DNA of 64,000 nucleotides, from the NCBI RefSeq assembly GCF_964188315.1, contig NC_135665.1, forward strand, positions 30,132,001 through 30,196,000. Direction: 5' to 3'. This document shows, in pieces, positions 47,901 to 56,900 of this stretch. The first letter of the stretch is position 1; each line of letters begins with the position of its first letter. A program made the position numbers and the translations under genes. The DNA is from Podarcis muralis. Taxonomy: Eukaryota. A model generated the notes under the pieces. The model had not been told where the DNA came from. It ran no database searches and saw nothing but the letters and a program-made list of their open reading frames with translations.

Positions 47901-50900
47901 TGATATCTTCCCCTGACAAATGCTGAGGGAAAAACATTCAAACGGGCCAGCATAAAAGCCCTACGTTGGGCTGGAATTATTAATTTAGTGACGTAATTGG
48001 CTCTGCTATCTAAGATATTTAAATCATAGAATATGGGGGAGCAAATTTTGTTTACAGCTGCCATAATATTTTGTCTCTCGACATCCTTTAGTCTAGTTAG
48101 GATATTATGGAAAATGTATTGCTCATTAGAATTGTACAGGGGCTCCAGCTCGATGCCTAAAGATTCAATCTTTTTTTCGAGGTACTGATACCATCTTGAT
48201 TTATAGGAGTCCTTGAGCAAATCAGCGAGCAGACTTGATGGGGGGCAGCGAAAATGGCAGCGTAACCAGTACTTTATTGAGGTGGACCAGGCCCAATATT
48301 CCATTGTGTGTATGCCTATTTCTGCACACATTGTTTCATATTTGATCACAGCTGGGAGTCCAAGAGTACGTCTCAGAAAGCTGGAGTGAATCTTTTTTAG
48401 ATCACTGTTATATGCTTGGACCCATAGCGGGATTCCATAGAATATCTGGGATTGCACTTTTGTTTGAAATATCTGATTGGCCGCAGGAATAAATTGATTG
48501 CCTTTCTGGTAATAAAAACGGGCAACTGCTGATGAGGTGCACTTTGCCTGTTTTATGGCATTTGTGCGATGATTTGCCCACCCTAAATTGCTCTGGAATA
48601 AGATTCCCAGGTACCTATAGATTTTCACTTGTTGGATTTCTTGCCCTCTTATTTTCCATTTCTCTAATTTCCAACCATTCGAGAAGACCAAAATTTTTGT
48701 CTTCTCATAATTTATAGAGAGTTTGTTACATTCACAGTAAAGGATCAGAGAAGATATAAGACGTTTCAGACCCAAGCTCGTTAATGATAGTAGGACAGCA
48801 TCGTCTGCGTATAATAAGAGAGGAACTGGTTTCTGATTAAGTTTAGGGGCATGTGATTCTATTTTTTGAAGGTGATCTGGCAAGTCTGATAAAAATAAAT
48901 TAAATAGAAAGGGGGCAAGAATACACCCTTGTTTTACCCCTTTCGAGTTTAAAATGTCTGATGAAAGGTGACCTTTGGTGTTAAGTTTGACTTGACAGGT
49001 ATTGGAAGAGTATAGATTTTGTATTAGAATCAATAAGCGCTGATCAATTTTTAATTCCGCGAGTTTCCTCCACAGCTTTGGGCGGTCAATTGAGTCGAAT
49101 GCACCACGAAAATCTACAAAAGCAGCATATATCTTAGATTGCCTTTGGGATCTGTATTTTTCAACCAAATGCATAAGTATAAGGCAGTGGTCTAATGTAG
49201 AGCAACCTTTGGAGAAACCTATTTGTTCTTTCCCTGGTAAATTTAGATTTTTCATCCAGGTAAGGAGTTTAGATAAAAGGTGCTTAGCGTAGATTTTCCC
49301 TATCACTGATAATAGGCTTATCGGTCTATAATTCCTTGGTTCTTTTGGGTCGCCATTTTTAAAGATTGGGATAATTATTGATCTTAACCATATCTCAGGT
49401 ATGATCCCATATTTATCTATGAGAGTAAACAATTGAGCTAAGGGTTCTGCCCACCAATCTATATAGGTCTTGAATAATTCTATTGGTAGACCGTCTGGCC
49501 CAGGAGATTTCCCCGATTTGAAATTTTTAACTATCTCTCTAATTTCCTCTTCTTCTACCCTTGGCCACTCCTGGAGTTTATTGATTTTATTTTTAGTGGT
49601 CTCATTTCCTTTAGGTTCACTGTGTAGATTGTTAAATACAGATGTAAAGTATTGGGACCATTTGGATTCTGCAATTGGTGGTAGAGTTAATTGATTTTCG
49701 GCTTTCAGTCCTCCGTACACTAGGTTCCAGAACGCTTTGTTGTTTTTACTCTGAATTGAGTCGAATAATTGTAGCCATTTTTGGGTTGCATATTTCTGTT
49801 TCTTTTCGGCCAGAATGTAATGATATTTTCTTTTTTCATCAAGATAAGAGGGCTCTAGTTTAGTGCGATTATTTTTAAATATTTGGCGCAGTTTTCTTTT
49901 TAGCTGGAAACATTCATCATCAAACCAAGGGCTAGCGCTATGTTTAAGTACCCAAACTTTAGGTGGAGTACTAAGCTCTACGAACATTTGGAAGATTTCA
50001 TTATAAATTTTCGGAATATCACTGTAGGAATTCGTGGTCTTTAAGTTGGATAATATTTGTTTTCTCAGGTTGGCTGTAAGTTTTTGCCCCACTGCTGCAC
50101 TCATTTCCTGGGACCATTTTAATTGGGTCATTTGTTTGTATTGAGAAGGTTCTATGATATTGTACTTGGTTATTTTGGTTTCGTCCTTTAAGTTAATAGA
50201 CAACGATAATGGCTGATGGTCGCTTTCAGTACGCGTTCCAATTTTGAGGTCCATGATCGAATTTATAATATTATAAGGGACAAGAATATAGTCGATGACA
50301 CTGCAACCTCGGGGGGAGAAGTATGTAAACTCCCCGCTTCTATCGCCTTTTGTTGAACCGTTCACAATCTGCAAATTAAAGTTGTTACATAATTCAAGTA
50401 GGCGTAGGCCTTCGTTGTTTACAACCCTATCTTTGGAGAATCGTCCTATTTTCAGGGCATGTGCGATATCATTATCAATATTCCAATTTAGTTTGCTACA
50501 TAGTTGTTCATTGTTGGTTCCCACTCTGGCATTAAAATCACCTGCTATTATCAGTGAGGCATTTGGGTATTTATCGGTCAAATTTTCTATATAAAAGGTT
50601 AGTTGTGACCAATTTTCACTGCTGCTGTTGTTTTTGGTTGGGGGGATATAGACATTTACAAGTAGCAAAGTATCGTCTTTTTGGGTTAAAAGTAGAGCTT
50701 GTGCAAGTGGTAAGCATTTTTCTAGCTGCTTGATTTCAAACCCTAAGTTGTCTTTGATCATACAACAGAACCCTGCTTTCGGCCGGCCCTTCGTGTTTGT
50801 TTTCAATGCGGGTTTCGTATAGGAGATGAATCCATTGATTTTAATATCTCTAGTTGACCATGTTTCTTGTAGAAGTATTAATTCAAAATCTTTAAAGAAG

Positions 50901-53900
50901 TTCATTAGGTCTGGGTCTCCGTCTTTGTTTCCCCACCCTGCAATATTCCAGGACAGCAAGCGTAGGATCCGTTTTTGAGTTGGTGGCTGGTTGACAGCAT
51001 TTAGTCATTTTAGTTCTGTTGTTGAGTCCAGCGAGGGATTTTGTCTTGTGCAGATACAGCCATTTGTCGCTGCTTTCGGTGGGGGACATAATGGTGGATC
51101 TTTTAGATTCTTTTTTAAAGTGCGGGAAATTAAAATTTCCTCCCTTTCTTGATTTTCTTCCTTAACTGTTCCTTGTTCCTGAGAAATTTCTGTAGTTGGT
51201 GGACTGTTATGGACAGTAGGACTGTTTTCAGTCTCTACTTCCATTTCTTTGGCCTCATTTGGTGTTGAGCTCAGTGTGTCAGGACTGTTGGAGGTCATCT
51301 TTTGTTCGGCAATGTTAGAGTCCTTTGTAGTACTTAAATAAGGGGTACCTATTTCGTTTGGAGCTAGTATTTGATATCTCAGCCAGGAATTTGTGGTCTC
51401 ATTACTGGAGTTTTTCCTTGCCATTTCATATTCTAAAGGAGGCTGGATTTGAAGCTCTGCATCTATACATTTGAAAGTTCCATTAGTAGCTCTCTTTTTG
51501 ACTATGCATTTTGGGGAGAGGGCTGGTAAGTGTAAAGTTTGATTGTGTATTGTTTCTACTGCATTTTGTTGACCTTGTTGGTGAATTTCGGTCAATCTGG
51601 CCTGTAGTTTCGTCAATTTACTGAGTATGTTTATTTGTTCTTTATCTGGTAGCTTGGTAAAGTTACTCAGCAGGTCTTCTTCTTCTGGGACTGTCCAGTC
51701 TATTGTGTCAAGGGCGAGGCTGTTATTTAATGCTACAGTCGCATGGTTTGGGAGCTTGGATTTTTCTTGCGTGATTTCCCGGGTAGCTGGCTGCGGTTTC
51801 TCCCATCTACTGGGTTCTTCCACGGGAGTAGGGCAGATGTCGGCTTCTGGTGGAATGGCCTTGTTCATCTTGTTCTGTCTTTTAGATGCAATCAATGGTC
51901 TGGGTGATATATCTTCAAAGTGTCGACGCGGAATAATTCCTTTCTGGGCTAAATGAGCCTTTTCCCTTAAGATTTTGGTTGGAATTCTATGACTGCCAAA
52001 TCTTAGTAGTACTTTTTTGGAGTATCCATCGTTAGTGAGCCTCTTGACTGCTTTTAAGTCGATGCTTCCACCCTCAAGGCCTAGGAGCAGATTTAGATGA
52101 TGTCTGGCCCAGAAGGATGATTCCCAGTAAGGTAGGGGCCCTCTATATGGAAAAATGTGGAGAACGATCTCACATGGCCTCAGTATCAGGTTGACTGAGT
52201 GAGGGGGGCTTCCTCTGGTTTTTGGCTGGTTTAGAGGTATAAATTTGTATTTGTTCTGTTTATCTCCGGGGCTTGTTAAGGATGGCAAAAAGGGAGTAAG
52301 TTGCCTCCTTTCATCTGGGTTATCCAGCTTCTTGGAGATGTTTTGTAATTGTTCAAAGATTTTTTGAACTGTTTGAGCATTCAATAGGCAGCATTCCTCC
52401 AGCAGCTCCACCTTTCTATCAATTAGTACTTGTGCCTCGATTATGGGAGTAGTAGCCTTTTCCTCATTTATTCCTAGGGATATCTCTTCAACTGTCTTTC
52501 CATGTAAAGAGTTGAGGGAGGTTTTGGGAGGAGATATGTGCTGTTTTTGAGGTAGCAGGTAATTATCTAGATTACTCTGTTTGAAACCAGAGGGCTCTGC
52601 GTCAGTTTCTGTATCAGGACACCTGAGTCTTTTGGCTCTTCTCATTGCTAGATTCTTCTTAAATCAATGAGATCAGACTTCTAAATAGAGTGATAAAGTG
52701 CTAAAGTTCTCAGGTCGCAATCTCATTCACTTCTCATTCAGTCCTGGCTGGGCTGCTGCGAGGAGTTCAAAACTGGGTCCAATTAGAGCCCTCCTTTGAA
52801 GTGTCCCCCCCCCCCCTTCTTCTCAGTTTGTTAAAACAACTGAGATGTTCGGGGGTCCAAAAGTTAGAGGTGGTGGGAGAAATTTGTGGTTTTATGAATT
52901 TGTAGTTTTTTTTTTTTTAGGGTTAAAAGCCCATTAGAAGTCCTTAAAGATCCTTGGAATAAGTTTGTCACAAGGAGTTAACAAGAAACTGGGAGGGAGT
53001 GCCTTAATGCCCGAGAGGGAATATCTGCTGTACTTGGTCACAGACAATCTGGCAACATAATAAAATACAGTCGTACCTTGGTTCTCAAACTTAATCCATT
53101 CTGGGAGTCCGTTTGACTCCTGAAATGGTTCAAAACTAAGGCACGGCTTCCAATTGGCTGCAGGAGCTTCCTGCACTCAACTGGAAGCTGAGTTGGATGT
53201 TCGGCTTCCAAAAAAGTTTGCAAACCAGAACACTCACTTCTGGGTTTGCGACGTTCGGGAGCCAAGTTGTTCGACAACTAAGGCGTTTGACTACCAGGGT
53301 ACCACTCTACTTTGGTTAATCTTTCATTTCAGATTTGAGTCACACAGCATTAGGAACATAGGAAGCTGCCCTATACTGAGTCAAGCCATTGGTCGATCTT
53401 GATTAGTATTGTCTACACTGATTGGCAGAGGTTCTCTGGGGTTTCAGGCAGGAACCTCTCCCAGTCCTACCAGGAGGTGCTGGGGACTTGAGACCCTCTG
53501 CCACTGAGCTACGGTCCTTCTGTGGGTTGAGGAATAAAATGCTCTAGAAATACAATTCATTTTTAAAAACCTATATCAAGCTATACACTAATATTTGCAT
53601 ACCCTCTGTAGCCAATAAGGAGACGTCCGAAATGTAGATGCCCCATAATTTTCTCCGGAGGAAGGTGAAGGATACGGATGAGGCAAATTTAGCCCCAAGT
53701 AAAGAACGAAGGGTTGTGTCAAGTTGGTGGCTTTGTTTCTTAGCCAAGCTGCAGCATCGTCGGTGGCCTTCCAATCCTTTTGCATGACTCTCACATAGGA
53801 CTTGTTACCTACAAGTTCTGCCACAGGCCTGCCTTCTTGCTGAAGCAAAAAATCAACGCTTCTGGTCCAAGCCTCCACACGGTTACTGAAAATCAGAACA

Positions 53901-56900
53901 GTATTCAGTATATATGCTATTTCCATGTAGATACAATCACAGGCATAGGGACGCGGGTGGCGCTGTGGGTTAAACCACAGAGCCTAGGACTTGCCGATCA
54001 GAAGGTCGGCAGTTCAAATCCCCGCGACGGGGTGAGCTCCTGTTGCTCGGTCCCAGCTCCTGCCAACCCAGGAGTTCGAAAGCACGAAGTACAAGTAGAT
54101 AAATAGGTACTGCTCCGGCAGGAACGTAAACGGCATTTCTGTGCGCTGCTCTGGTTTGCCAGACGTGGCTTAGTCATGCTGGCCACATGACCCGGAAGCT
54201 GTACACCGGCTCCCTCAGCCAATAAAGCGAGATGAGTGCCGTAACCCCAGAGTCGTCCATGACTGGACCTAATGGTCAGGGGTCCCTTTACCTTTACCTT
54301 TATAATCACAGGCAAATTATCATTATGTTCACATTTCTGACATGCCTACCATTTGTATTCAGTGGTTTATGACATTAAATTTTAACTGGGTTTATAAAAA
54401 GGTACTTATATCAGTTTGCCTTTGCAAATGATGTTCAAACATGGCCCAGCAGTAAGCCTTGTACCTGGGCACTTCTTTCTCTTCCTCCTGCCTTTGCACG
54501 GCTGTAGCAACAAGCTGGGAAGTTAAATTTTGCTTGTTGTGACCTTTAAAAATGGACAAACCGTGGCTAGGCTCAAGTAAACCAGGATTAGTGAAAACAA
54601 GTCAACTCAAGTCATAGTGAAAACAAGACAGGTTTGACAACTAACTAGTTTAGATTAAACATGGTTTAGAGATTGGCTGTAACAACAAACCATGGTTAAT
54701 TTAAAATGGAAAGGGACATTTCTGATCTCTTCCAAGCGATGCTGGAGAAAAGGAGGGAGCCTCCCTCTTCTCCCCTTGCCGCCCTCTGCATTTTCAACTC
54801 TCTGCAGCATGCACAAAGGAAAAGGGAGAATGATTTTATATGAAATTTGAGCTTCAGTATACAGGGCTAGACATGTTAGAAGTGGAATGATACATTCAAT
54901 TATTTTCTCCTTATGCAACATAAAGAAACTATGACCCTCAGAAAGGTTGCCTACAAGTGGCTGCATTGTGAAGAAAAAGACTAGGCAGTAATATTTGTTC
55001 AAGAGCAAATGACTGTAGCTCTCCCAAGGTACTTAGTTCTTACAATAAACCCTTCTGAGAAGTTTGCTGCCTTTATAATGGATTTTGTAGCGCCCTGACA
55101 ATAAGGACTTCTTTGAGCAATGATGAGGATTTTAGTTACAAAACTAAAATGTTTCGAGGAAGTGTTTTTAAAAAAATCATCTGAAAAAGTGCTACCAGTT
55201 TCATATACTTAATGGAACAAAAATTTGACAGGGGAACACATTTTACAGACGAGTGAACTGTCAGAACTTGAGGTTACTACAGAGAACACATCCATTTATG
55301 AGTAGGTTTACAGATCGTACAAAACAAAAAGAACTGTTTCAACTTAAAGTCTTAGGGCCTCAAAAGGGGTGTTGTCAGGATAAATGAAGTAAATACTGAA
55401 AAGCACTTTGTACATAGAAATGATAAAATAACAATTCTGTTTTAGCCAGGAGGCTTTCTATTAGCAGTTATCATGCCTCTGATTAACCAGTTTTAACCAG
55501 AGACAGGGTTTCCCCAATTGCTTACCTCACTGAGTGATGCCCTGAAGTATAATCCAGTTTTCCATATTTCTGAGCATAGTAGCCATGTTTTTCCATGAGG
55601 TCCATCCACGTTGTGTGATTTGGATCTAAACCCTTGAAATTATTCCAAGATTCTGTTATGTGAGTGAAGAGGCCACTCCACATAGCTAAAACGAAAACAA
55701 GAAACCCACCCATAACAGAATTGGTTGATGAATCATATAAAACATATAAAATCTGACTAAAACAAGGTATGCACAGCTTTCCTCTTGCATGTTTATTAGA
55801 CACTTTTAGGCACCAGGTGAAAACATTCCTCTTTAAGCAGGTCTTTGGCTGACTGACATCAGATGCCCTTTTGAATGTGTTGTGGAAGGGGGAGATTATT
55901 AAGTTGTCTTTGTTCTTATTTTTATTACATGTTTTATGTTTTTTACGGTATATTGTAATTTTATGTTGTGAACCTCCCTGAGATCTATGGGTACATAAAG
56001 GTAAAGGTAAAGGTACCCCTGCCCGTACGGGCCAGTCTTGACAGACTCTAGGGTTGTGCGCCCATCTCACTCAAGAGGCCGGGGGCCAGCGCTGTCCGGA
56101 GACACTTCCGGGTCACATGGCCAGCGTGACAAAACTGCATCTGGCGAGCCAGCGCAGCACACGGAAACGCCGTTTACCTTCCCGCCAGTAAGCGGTCCCT
56201 ATTTATCTACTTGCACCTGGGGGTGCTTTCGAACTGCTAGGTTGGCAGGCGCTGGGACCGAGCAACGGGAGCGCACCCCGCCATGGGGATTCGAACTGCC
56301 AACCTTTCGATCGGCAAGCCCTAGGCGCTGAGGCTTTTACCCACAGCGCCACCCGCGTCCCTACCCTATGGGTACATAGTGGTATACAAAATAAATAAAT
56401 GTTTATGACTTCCACTGCAGCTAAAAGGCATCCCGTAAGACAGGCATAGGCAACCGGTAGCCTTCCAAATATTGTTGAAATACGATTCCCATCAGCCCCA
56501 GCCAATAGGACCAATGGTGAGGGATGATGGGAGCGGTAGTCCAGCAACTTCTGGAGGGCCGCAGGTTCCCTGCCCCTGCCATAAAGCAAGAAGTTGTGGC
56601 TTCAAGGACCCATAGAGACTTTGCCACTATATTTTTCTAACCCAACATTACAATGGCTCCAAGAGGCCAGAACTCGTTCAGCAGCATGAGGAATCTTCAC
56701 AACCCCTCTGCCCTCTCCAATCACCAAAAAAATATTTTTATTATTAGTTCTACCTTGCCTTTTAAAGCAAGCTACTTACAATAAAAATATTAAAAGCAAT
56801 ACAATTCTCCCCAGGTTTTGATTACTTTGTATTTAGCAAGGAAAGGAACTTGAGAACTGCTATTGCCACTATTTTCTGAACTACGAGTTGGAGTCAAATC

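Larger units (their letters stand above)
47507..53020 (-). mobile_element. Full-length non-LTR retrotransposon (APE-RT LINE, tentatively RTEX-like), 5514 bp, in ARSK intron 4
   Basis: Exact 14-bp TSD ATATCTGCTGTACT at 47493-47506 and 53021-53034; two uninterrupted ORFs; 3' end AATAAAGG plus a short (TAAG)n tail. Confidence 0.93.

Noticed and set aside
50892-51089. Short ORF whose AUGs overlap the ORF1 stop (AUGA), considered as the ORF2 start by translational coupling
   Set aside because: Wrong frame for the endonuclease and closes after about 38 codons from that AUG.
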